Of a stretch of DNA of 64,000 bases, positions 24,390 to 35,488 are shown piece by piece. The stretch comes from Girardia tigrina. Lineage: Eukaryota. The translations under genes were made by a program, and so were the position numbers. The number at the start of each line of letters is the position of its first letter. Within the stretch, counting starts at the first letter, position 1. The notes under the pieces were generated by a model, which was given only the letters and a program-made list of their open reading frames with translations, had not been told where the DNA came from and searched no databases. Where the stretch lies: the NCBI GenBank assembly GCA_001938485.1, contig MQRK01232656.1:1-64000 (forward strand). The letters are read 5' to 3'.

Positions 24390-25480
24390 GTATGTGAAAC
24401 TTTATGGCTTTTTTGCCTATGTAACATCAAATATGAATGGTAATGAGAATAATGCAAACTGATGTTCATAAGATTAGAGATCAAAAATGTTTTCTGGAAT
24501 TCCTTTTACAATAGCTTCAGATGATTGTCATACTTAACAAAGCTTAATATAGACTCTATATTAACTGCGTTCTTCAACTCTTTGCATGTTGGAAAATGAA
24601 CTAAACTTTCATACATATGAGTGATTGGTTTCTTTTAACATGTAATTTCAGATTAAGATTAGTTAAATGTGCAATTATATCCTCAGCAAAAGCTAGGTCA
24701 TAGGGCAAAACATTATCTTACTTCATCCCTATTTTGGTCTTTCAACTCCAAAATATAACTATTTCTTGTCTCAGCTTACAGAATTTTGTCAACACTTTAT
24801 GACATGACAAACATCAAATTTCTGGATAGAGTGGAAAGTATGTGAACTTTTTATTCATATCTTCCAACAGCTAACTGAACTGACTGTTAAGAGAACTCAC
24901 ACATTTGACAGAACATTTATTACATTCACAATTTTTATCATCTTTATGATGATCAACAGTAATGCTTTCACTTCGATCCATCAATCAATTTTCAATATCT
25001 CCCATTATAATCTGAACTATACTTGATAAGATTATTTTATTTTAAAATATTTAATTTAAATTTGATTGGCTGAAATAAAATATATTTATAGTCATTTTTA
25101 AACATTAATTTGATTTTAATTATTTAAAAATTTACAAAAATAAAATCAATAAAATTATTTAAGTTGCAATAATAAAAACTAAAAATTTGAATATTAAATC
25201 TTAATTTAAATAAATTAGTTTCAGATTATAAAAATTAAATATTGATAATCCATCTGGTTAGGAGAGGCATAATCCCAAATCAACATACAACATTTGTACA
25301 TGCAAAAACTACACAAAAACATACACACACCAAATATTCCTCACACTGACGGTGGTTGAGAGCACGACATCTTATAATATTTATCGTCTTTGTCACCATG
25401 CTAAGCACATGATCCAATTTTAAGATTTTCTAACAAAATATTTGGTGAAAAATCATCACAATCAGTGTATTTTCAGTGTA
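24390..25480 (-). mobile_element. hAT Charlie/GTF2IRD2-like transposase remnant split by a solo LTR
   Basis: Removing 24885-25345 plus one TSD gives minus-strand LKLDHVLSMVTKTINIIRCRALNHRQFS*LLED...KVLTKFCKLRQEI...DLAFAEDIIAHLTNLNLKL. Boundaries approximate. Confidence 0.75.
24885..25345 (-). mobile_element. Family A solo-LTR-like element
   Basis: 461 bp, TGTTAA...CCTCACA, with exact TSD ctgac (24880-24884, 25346-25350); excision restores the interrupted transposase frame. Confidence 0.85.
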
Positions 25481-25884
25481 TTTCATCGAAGTCGACTTTG
25501 ATGGATATTATAAATATATTAGTTTATTTTAAAAATTGGATAATATCGAAAATATCGGGCGTTAAATAAATTTTTGTATCAATTGTTGGTCAAAAAATTT
25601 AATGTTGAAAATTTATCGTATCGTAATTCATTGCAATAACGAAGGACCCGAAGATTTTTTTCACATACAATTACGCGAATATACCGGGAATATTAGTTTC
25701 GTAAGATCTTAAAAAAAGTATTTTAAGCGTATTAAACATGATATTGGGAAAAAAGATGTGAAAGTGTTCCCCCACTATTTCAATGTTTGCGCAATGCAGG
25801 CAATTATAAAACTATTAATACATACAAGCAAAGGTATACATATTTAATGAACCACAGCCTGAAGGAATTACAATGAAACACATC

Positions 25885-26035
25885 ATTTGATAAGACCCGA
25901 CACAAGGCAATTTGTTTCATTGAAAAAACAGATACATACCATCTTTTGTTGTCTTACAACAAGAAATCATTTATAAAGTACTCCGGCCGGTCTCCAGTCA
26001 CAATCACGATACATTCTAGAACATTCAATTATACA
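25885..26035 (+). promoter_or_regulatory. Conserved proximal promoter/5' UTR of GST copy 2
   Basis: 19-bp (25885-25903) and 35-bp (25952-25986) blocks identical to those upstream of GST copy 1. Confidence 0.7.
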
Positions 26036-27445
26036 ATGTTGATCAAAAAGGTAAATTTAAATTTAAGCATAGACAATGAGATTTTCTCTTGATCCCTTAG
26101 TTAACATATTTCAATGGTCGAGGCCGAGGGGAGTTGATAAGATTCATTCTTAGTTCTCAAAACGAAATATTTGAAGATGAACGATTGAGTTTTGAAGAAT
26201 GGGACGCGAGAAAATCAACCACGAAATATGGACAACTGCCAATTTTAACACTTGAGTATGGGACGCAGATGAACGAGAGCATGGCGATTGCGAAGTATCT
26301 GGCGATAAAAGCTCATCTTTACGGAGACAATGAATGGGAAATATACCTTGTTGATAGAGCAATTGACACGGTACAACTTTCTATGTATTATTAATTCTTT
26401 ATATAAGTAAGTTTGAAAATCTTTCAAATCAATCTAATTATGTTCTTAAATACATATCATTGACCACTGCCATTATCAGACAAAGTTAACATTAGTTTTG
26501 TAACTTGTGAAATAATGAAATGTAATGTGATCCTTTTAGAAAATGTACTGTATTTTCACGCATATAACCCGTGGGTCATATGTGATTTTATCAACGCCAT
26601 ACGCCACTCGCAGAGTATAAAAGTGGGTGGAGTATACAAAAAATATTTTAAGAGAAAAATTACATTTCTTGATGATAAGCCGTGGGTAATGCGTGATTTT
26701 ATCTAACCCAAATACCGAGGAAAAAATTGTGGGGGTTATGTGCGTGAAAATATGGTTATACTTCAATATAATCATATAACCGAGAAAGTTCGATAGTTGA
26801 TAGATTTATAACTAGTAATCATTCTGATAGTGAAATCTTGGCTCTAAAGCTGACTGTCGCATAATGCAAGTTTATACTACGCGATTTCATAAAACACGTA
26901 ACATATTAATTGCCTTATACGGAAGTCTACTCTACTTACTTTCAAAGGTTCTCTATTAATAATTACCACTGATTATTATTAAATTAAAAACAACACTACT
27001 TTTTGGATGTATCAATACTTGACCATTATTTTTAAACTTTATAATTATTTCTATATTTAACTTTTAGATGAATGACTTGATTTTGAAATGTGTTGAAGCT
27101 GAGTTGGAGAAAGATGAAAAGAAAAAAGAAGAACTAAATAACGATTTGAGAGAACAATTCATTCCCATGTATCTACAGGTATGTTTACTATATTCGTCAC
27201 CTTTTTACAATAAAAGGCTTTAATAATACTTATAGAAACTTGTAAAATATTCTGAAGAAGGAAATGGGGAATTCCTCACTGGAGAGAAGCCAACTCTTGC
27301 GGATTTATATTTATGTTGTATTTTTGATTATTTTCCAGATGCCATGTCAGATTATCCAAAGCTTGATAACATCTATAATCGACTAATGCAAACTTTTCCT
27401 GGCCTGAAAAGTTATATTGACCATAGACCACAAACAACATTTTGA
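26036..27445 (+). CDS. GST: Glutathione S-transferase, sigma-like (copy 2), 4 exons, 201 aa
   Basis: Exons 26036-26050, 26101-26370, 27068-27178, 27236-27445, the same sizes and phases as copy 1; introns 50, 697 and 57 bp. Open frame MLIKKLTYFNGRGRGELIRF...GQLPIL...FLTGEKPTLADL...YIDHRPQTTF. Confidence 0.93.
26548..26755. mobile_element. pogo/Tc2-like MITE in GST copy 2 intron 2
   Basis: TIRs ctgtattttcacgcatataaccc / gggttatgtgcgtgaaaatatgg; TA on the left; internal repeat ccgtgggt.at..gtgattttatc twice. Confidence 0.65.
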
Positions 27446-28541
27446 ATGAAACGGTTCAGTTAATAAGACATTTCCATAGGGTTTCGGTTTAATAAATTAC
27501 TTAACATTTTTATTCATATTATAATTTCTTTTTTTAAATATATTTTATCGATTTTAGATTTTAAAAAAGAATAAAAATATTTTTACAGAAAAGTTTTTTA
27601 TGTAATATTTTGTAAAATATTATACACTATTTTAGCCTCCGCTAATATCAATCGACAGTCGACAATTTCTTTAGCAGAAATTCAAATTGATATTATTTAT
27701 AGATTTTGGAAAATGTTGTTCGTTAGGAACTCAGGAGTCAGTTGGAAAATTTTGAAAATACATATCTTTTGAAATATTAATTTTTGTATGTTCAGAAATT
27801 AAAGGTCACTTGAAATTATTAATCAATGTTATAACAAATAAGTTAGAAGAATTTTTATAAAACGAAAATTCACAACATGAAATTAAAATTTAACATTTAT
27901 ATTATAATTTTTTCTGGTTCAAGATCGATATTAATTTATAAAAAATGTTTTACAACTAATTTTGTGCGAGTGGCTAAATATAATTTGAATACAAAATTAA
28001 AATAAAGTTATCTTTTATTAAAAATTATCGAAAATAATTGTCAGTTGTATTTATGTAATTGTCTTTATTTGGAATTTCAGAAGTCATATTTAACAAATAA
28101 AATTATTAATGAAAATAATACACCTGTATAAACGAATTTCTCGTTAATTTAATCTTTTCGCAAAACTCAAATCAGTAAAATTTCTTTTTAATTAATTTTT
28201 AATATTTAAATTATAATTGCAAAATTTATTTATAAAATTTGATCATAAAATTATTAAATTTTCATTTACAATAAGTATTTTATTTTAAAAATTATTTCTT
28301 AAAAATATTATGAATTTTAATCAGTTTATTATTTATTTTAAAATTCTTTTTTTAAAACGTTTATTAATCATTTTCTTATTAAAATATATCAATTTTTATT
28401 AATGAAAACATTTTTTTGGTTTTCTACAATAATCTGATTTTTTTGTTTCTTTCAAAAAACTCATTTTTTTACTTTTTAAGTTTTATAAATTTTTGTATTT
28501 ATTAATTTTTTTCAATTTTACATTAAATAAAATCTTTAAAT

Positions 28542-31206
28542 CAGGCCTATTAAGAACATTTAGACAAGTCTCACTTGAATTTTTATTGCAATTACATTTA
28601 GATTCATTACAACTCTCAGAAGGTCTTTCATCGTTTGTCATCCTTCTAATTTGTTTTCTTATTTCTGTTTTTAATCATGATTATTCGAACAAGTTTTCTA
28701 ACTTATTTTTGAAAATATTTAACCTCTAAAAAATATTAATAAAAAATATTAATTTTTAGCATTTCTCAATAAATTCCAAAATATTTATGTCATCAAATTA
28801 TTAAAAAAGCATTTAATTCAAATTTTACTAAACATTATGATACTTAATTTTAATTGTGAAATTAAAGATATGAACTTATAAAATGATTATTTTAATTATG
28901 TTCGAATAATCAATCACTTTAAATTTAAATAAAAAAATACCCAATTCTATCTGGGTGGGAGAATCACCATTCTAAATTCAACATACTTAAGTCCACATAC
29001 AGCATCCATACATTTACACATTCAAATAATTTAAAATATTCCTCACAAGGCCCGTACCGTCAGGGGGCACAAAAGTGTCCGGCTTCCCAAAGTCAAGTCT
29101 GCCCCCACCCAAGTAAAAAATACAAATGAAAAAGAAAAAGGGAGTCATATTTATTCATATATCATATATATAGTCTAATAGAAGCAAAATGTATACAGAA
29201 CAACTGAACAACAGACCTATAGGGTGACAGAGAGTAGTATAGGTAGCGTAGGTGAGAGAGAAAGAAAGTGTGCACACATAGATTGGCGTGGTAGAAGGGA
29301 ATGATCAACATCCAAACAAACACTTACATACAAGCACACATTTGCTATCTATGTCTGTCATTATTCTGAGCTTACTCTTATTGCATACTATGCAGTGCAT
29401 AGTGCCATTGTAATTGATCATACCTTGTGACATTATTTTGATTGTAATATAAAATGTCGAAACACAAGACCATCATGAATTTCTTCCAAGTCATTCCAGT
29501 ACGACAACTTCAGGAGCACTTAATCTGCATTTCTCGAATAATTGCTCTCAGTGGCGAGGCCTTCGCAGATGTAATTTTGAAAACTTTAAAAGAGGCTCAA
29601 TTGGATCCTAAAAATATAATTTTCCAATACTATGATGTGACTTCAGTCACTTCAATTAGTGATACTATCCCTGCTACTATGTCATGTGCTACTACATACA
29701 TCTCTGATACTATACAATCAATCTGCGCTACTACTTCATATATTCCTGCTACTTCATACATCCGTGACAATGGAGTGAAGTCTTCATTTGCTTGTGTACC
29801 TGCTAAGCCAATGGCATCTACTAAATCTGATTTGAGGAACGACATGCCGCGTCAGTAAACTGCTGTAAATTTCCCAAAGACTCCATTTGATTCAAGGGAA
29901 CGCTCATTCTATTCTGCGTGGTATAGCGGAAGACCATATTTGGAGTACTCTATTGAGAAAAATGCAGTCTTCTGCTTTTGCTGTCGAAAATTCTCATTTC
30001 CCGGCTCTGCTGGAGAAAGCGTTTTCAGAACAGGTGGATTTCGAAATTGGAAATCGGCTTTAGAAAAGGGAAAAGGTTTTCAAAAGCATGAATCTTCTGT
30101 TGACCATATCCTTACCATGGAACGATGGAAGGAGAGGTAGCTGCGATGTGAAAGAGAAGAGGAAGTTTGCACGTTGATTAATGAAACACAACTCAATAAC
30201 AACTGCTATTATGTCGAAGCAATTGTTAATATATTGAAGTTTCTTGTGACAAATGAAATAGCCTTTCGTGGTGACAATTTCAGTAGAAATGACATTGATG
30301 AGGATGAGAAACTTCCAAGTGGTCTCTTTTTACGTCTCTTTGAATACACTGTTAAGAAAAATCCTGATCTGCCTCGAATCATTACAACAACTCCAACAAT
30401 TGCCACGTACACATCACCTAGAATTCAAAATGAACGCAACAAAAAAAAACGATTCAAAAAAAACGCAACATGAGTTTGAAACTGCAAAGATATTCCTATT
30501 AAAGAGAACTAGTATTGTGACAAACGTCCATCAGTTAGTGCATGAACTGTACTCTTACTGAGAGGCATTTCTATATGTGTATCGTCTTGCAGCTTCGGCA
30601 CTCAAACTCGGTGCTTCAACTGCCACATGCGAGGCGAGTTTTACTACTTTGTCTCGTGTTCTAACTCCCTTTCGTACATCTATGACTCATTCTCGTAAAG
30701 CAAACCTTGTATTGCTCTCGTTTGAAAGTGATATCACTAATAACATCAAATTTGATGACTTTCTTCGACGGTTTAATGAAATGAAAAATCTTCGACTGTA
30801 GTTATTTTGAGTCACATTAATATCTCCTGCATACAATTTCTTACTTCCGTATGTAATTGCTGTATTATTTCTATTCTATACTACTGCACTTATCCTATGA
30901 TATAGCAAATCTGTCTGACTGTCTGTACTCTCTATGTTTGTCCATCGTGCAAATATAATAAAATATGCAGCTAATGTAATTGATTTTTGTCTTTATTTCG
31001 GAAAAATGTGCGAAAATCATTTCATATGGGTAATAATGCCGCAAAATAATGTCAAGATAAAATGTCTATTTTGTTTTCGCTGATCATTCGAAATTTAAAC
31101 ATTCAGACTGTGTGTTTTCAAAATGTATTCATTTATTACACAAGAATTACTGGCCCCCTTAATAAGAGTCTGTCCCCATCCACAAAAGGTGACATGGTAC
31201 GGGCTG
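28542..31206 (+). mobile_element. hAT transposon (ZMYM1/TTF zinc-finger type), internally deleted
   Basis: 8-bp TSD ctttaaat (28534-28541, 31207-31214). TIR caggcc|cgtacc (split by a solo LTR) / ggtacgggctg. Fragments EYSIEKNAVFCFCCRKF..GFRNWK, IAFRG and dimerisation motif ASTATCEASFTTL. Confidence 0.88.
28548..29047 (-). mobile_element. Family A solo-LTR-like element inserted in a hAT TIR
   Basis: 500 bp, tattaag...cctcaca, with exact TSD aggcc (28543-28547, 29048-29052). Confidence 0.85.
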
Positions 31207-32077
31207 CTTTAAATTATTTGACAAAGTTAAAATTTTATCTAACTCCTCATAATAATCATTTATTATTAAGCGAAAAATTACTAACTTTAAGCAATGTCAA
31301 TATTGTACTGCTTACAAGAATTAAAGAATAAATAAATAATAATATGAGTTTCAAGTAAGCTTCATGATATTCTTACCAGTATGCCAAGTACATAACAGTG
31401 TTTCTAGATCTTAGATTCAATATAAAATTTTAAAAGGACTATTAATATCAATTTTATTTTTATTCATTTGTTTCATTATACAAAAATATAAAATATTTAG
31501 TTAACCAAAAAGTTGTTCTAAATCAAGACTGAACAGTTAGTAAGTTCAAGAACGAGGCCAAATCATAGAAAATATTTGGTTGTTTCATGAGAATATAATT
31601 TTGTTTTTGGAGAAAATAAATTTACGAGTAAAACACGTCATATTTTACTGTGAAATAATTTCCTGGTTCTTTTATTGGCAGGGCCATTTTGAAGAAATGT
31701 TCCCTTGAGGTCACAAGTAATCTGGGTATGTGTCGAAATACGGTAAGTTTTTTTAGAGGATGAAAATATTAATTTTTCCATGTTTTCTTATAATAGTTGT
31801 TCCAATTTAAAACGGTCTTATCAAGTGCTCTCAGATTTAAAAGAAAAAAGATACACAATTGAACCGATCCATACAAATTTTTACCACTGAAGTGCATCAA
31901 GTTTTATATTACAAAGCATTTCAACACATTTTACTTCAAAAACAAATTTGCAAAACAAAGTTTTTTCTGAATAAATATCAAGATTAGGTTTCTTTCTCGT
32001 TTTTCTTTTACTCTCAGGAATTCTGCTACAGTAATGTGAGGATCAATCAGATCATTTCAATTGTCATTTATAGTGAT

Positions 32078-32392
32078 CATCATGTGAGCGTTGGTTTTCT
32101 CAGATGAGGTGTTAATGCGATGAACCGAAACCTTCTGGCCGTATAAAGAAACAAGCCTCTCTATAAGCATGTTGGGAGGAGCAGGTGCTATCAATGATTA
32201 TATTACTTTCAAAAGTATGTCGAAACAGCGCTGAATGAGAGTTTTAAACTTCAATATGGGTAAAAACATAATAAACACTTAGAGAGATCATATAGAGTAT
32301 ATTATAGTAATTGAGAAATAAGTTATTGTTATTGCAGAAACTAGTAAACTTAATTGTTTTATTGACTAATCTAATTTTTTGTACAAGTAATA
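32078..32392. repeat. ~315-bp near-identical direct repeat (second copy 33800-34114)
   Basis: catcatgtgagcgttggttttctcagatgagg...ttttgtacaagtaata occurs twice with only a few substitutions. Confidence 0.9.
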
Positions 32393-32515
32393 CTCAATAC
32401 CATTTTCAAATATTTAAGCGTGTATTAATTACAAAGTGTTTTATTGAGAACGTTCTTCTATTCATGAGTTTCAATGACGGTATAACATTCAATTTTACGT
32501 TTTTGTTATGTAGAG

Positions 32516-33450
32516 CAGTAGTGCGCAAACTATGAGTCGCAAACAGATTTTATGGGGTCGCCAAATTTGAAAAAAAATATTTATCAATACAAAAGTACAA
32601 GGTCATAGAGAATCAACCTAATGGTTTTTCGTGCTGAAAAAATAGGCGTAACTTTAATTTATATCAACTTTAATTTCAATTTTATTTTGATCGCTTTCCT
32701 GTTTTTTTCCTAATAATATTAATAATAAATTATGAATTAAATGCAATAATTAATTTTGCATTTTTATATTAACTTTATTAACGTTTTAACTTATTATTAA
32801 CTTCATTATTAATTTCTAAATCTAACTTTTTTAACTTTGAATTTTTACAAAAAAAGTTAAATGACAATATTAAGGGACCGAATATCCATTGTGTGTTAAT
32901 TGTAATAAAAAACTGGCACACGAAAACATCAAATCTGCCAAATTAAAGAGACATTTGGAAACTAAGCATAAATATTTATTATGTAAATCTTAAACATTTT
33001 TATAAAAAAAGCTGAGGTCATAAAACATCGAAATATATTTTCGAAAACATACAACGGTCTCTGAAAAGTCTTTACGGGTATCCTTAGAAGTTTCGTATTT
33101 AATTGCGAAATTTTTAAAACCTCATACAATTAGAGAATCGCCTATTCTTCCTACGCCAATAAAAATGACATCAATTATGCATGAGGAAACATATGGTAAT
33201 GATTTAAAGAATACAATTATCAAGAGAAACCGTTTGCCGTCGAATTTCCACTTTATAAAGCTAAATATAAAACTATACTTAGTTCTATAGATATCACTAT
33301 ATACATAGATAAAACCGTTTTTAAACAGTTTGTGTTTTTTTCACTGTAACTACAATATTGAGTGAAAAAAGTCTATTACTTACCAAGGGGTCGCGACAAA
33401 ATTTTATACAGAATGAAGGTTCATACAAAAAAATAGTTTGCGCACCACCG
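32516..33450 (+). mobile_element. hAT Charlie (ZBED5/SCAND3-like) deletion derivative
   Basis: TIRs cagtagtgcgcaaactat / atagtttgcgcaccaccg; exact 8-bp TSD atgtagag. Remnant PLCVNCNKKLAHENIKSAKLKRHLETKH and SLEVSYLIAKFLKPHTI. Confidence 0.9.
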
Positions 33451-33644
33451 ATGTAGAGGCTTACTTAACATAGGTTCATCGATGGGAAAAGACGAAAGAA
33501 AATGAAAGCTAGATAAAATGAATATATAGTGTAAATTATTCAAATGTTAAATTTCAAAAGTTGCATCTCCAGGTGCTCACTTTTGCTTTTTGGGGGGGGG
33601 GGGCACTTTGCTCACTGAGGGATGGCAAGTTGACCCTCCAGTCA

Positions 33645-33815
33645 ATATGTTAAAAAAAGACCCTACCTTTTGGTTCAATGAATCAATTTACAATTTAGAA
33701 GCATTTTGGCAAGATGTGAGCGTTGTTAAAAAGCATATGTTAAAAAAAGACCCTACCTTTTGGTTCAATGAATCAATTTACAATTTAGAAGCATTTTGGC
33801 ATCATGTGAGCGTTG
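33645..33815. repeat. Tandem duplication, 90-bp period
   Basis: atatgttaaaaaaagaccctaccttttggttcaatgaatc...gcattttggca at ~33645 and ~33735. Confidence 0.9.
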
Positions 33816-34129
33816 GTTTTCTCAGATGAGGTGTTTATGTGATGAACTGAAACCTTCTGGCCGTATAAAGAAACAAGCCTCTCTATAAGCATGTTGGGAG
33901 GAGCAGGTGCTATCAATGATTATATTGCTTTCAAAAGTATGTCGAAACAGCGCTGAATGAGAGTTTTAAACTTCAATATGGGTAAAAACATAATAAACAC
34001 TTAGAGAGATCATATAGAGTATATTATAGTAATTGAGAAATAAGTTATTGTTATTGCAGAAACTAGTAAACTTAATTGTTTTATTGACTAATCTAATTTT
34101 TTGTACAAGTAATATAATACAAGTAATAA

Positions 34130-34590
34130 TAAAGTATAATCTAAATTATTTATTATAAATACATAATAATATTTAAAAATAGTAATTAATATTTCTTATC
34201 GGAATTTTATTCTTTAAAAATCTTATTTAATAATCCAATATTTACTCATTTAATATAATCATACTAAAACAATTTTCAAAGCACAAATTCCATTAAAAAA
34301 ATAAATAATAATAAATATATTATATTAAAACATCAAAAAATCAAGGTCACAATATTTAATTATAAAGTATAATCTAAATTATTTATTATAAATACATAAT
34401 AATATTTAAAAATAGTAATTAATATTTCTTATCGGAAAATTATTCTTTAAAAATCTTATTTAATAATCCAATATTTACTCATTTAATATAATCATACTAA
34501 AACAATTTTCAAAGCACAAATTCCATTAAAAAAATAAATAATAATAAATAAATTATATTAAAACATCAAAAAATCAAGGTCACAATATTT
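34130..34590. repeat. Tandem duplication, ~232-bp period
   Basis: taaagtataatctaaatt...tcaaggtcacaatattt at ~34130-34357 and ~34362-34590, almost identical. Confidence 0.9.
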
Positions 34591-34779
34591 CTATCAGTAC
34601 ACAATCAATTAAAATAGAAAATAATCGTCAAATATTTTATTTCCATAGTACAAATGATAAAATTTCACATTTTTGATAAACAGTCTCCCTTTGAAAAAAA
34701 GGAAAATTTTCATTGACATTTGCTATTCGTTTTTCTTATGGAGAAATAAAGAAGAAAACCCGAGAAAAAATAAGAAATC

Positions 34780-35165
34780 CGTCGACTCCCCCGTCAATTC
34801 TACAACAGATAGAGAGAATGGAAGAAGAAGGAAGGCAGGGGGAGGAGGAAGGCAGGGGGGAGGAGGAAGGCAGGAGGGAAGGAGAGAGACATATAATAAA
34901 GTATTACTAATATCGAAATTCTCTTAGTCATCACATCTCCGAGAAAGTGCTTGATGCGTTAGCACAGTTTCCCAGTCGCCGTAGACACACCTGGATGCAC
35001 GCAGACTCTCTCACATAAACTGCACATCGTCGACAATTTGCACAAATTGGCGATCGTCGTCACATACGCTGGTTCACTGTGAAATCGTGATCATAAATTT
35101 CACAAATCGATCAAAACTCTCACCAGAATCCACCGTTCAATGATAGGAGTCGTCGGCCAACAACA
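34780..35165 (+). promoter_or_regulatory. Probable promoter/5' region of the SOGA/MTCL-like gene
   Basis: A GC- and CpG-elevated patch with no TE hallmarks and a purine tract (ggaaggcagg repeats, 34830-34885), 330-700 bp upstream of the ATG at 35489. Confidence 0.4.
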
Positions 35166-35488
35166 GTTTTCATTTCTTCATATTTAGTTTTCGTCAATTA
35201 GGTCATTTTCTAGAATTATTCTTGTTGAAACAAGAATAATAAGACAATTTTCGAGATCTGTTTCAATTTTTTGAATAGTAAATCAAGATTAAAGAATCAT
35301 TCAAAGAAATTTGACGTTTTGAAACGTTTTCTTTTGAACGAAAACTTCCTCTAACGCAAATAAACGAAATCATTCCTGGAATAACGGAGAACAAAGTTAG
35401 GAAGAGTTGACAATTTATTTAGCAGACTTGCCATTTGTGTCAGTGTTATTATTTCATTAAATATTAATAGTAAACATTCGTGATTTCC

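Noticed and set aside
31540-32040. Possible Gypsy integrase remnant on the minus strand (ITCDLKGTF..YFTVKYDVF)
   Set aside because: Too decayed to support by eye.
33590-33829. ORF with an internal peptide repeat
   Set aside because: Simply the translation of the 90-bp tandem duplication.
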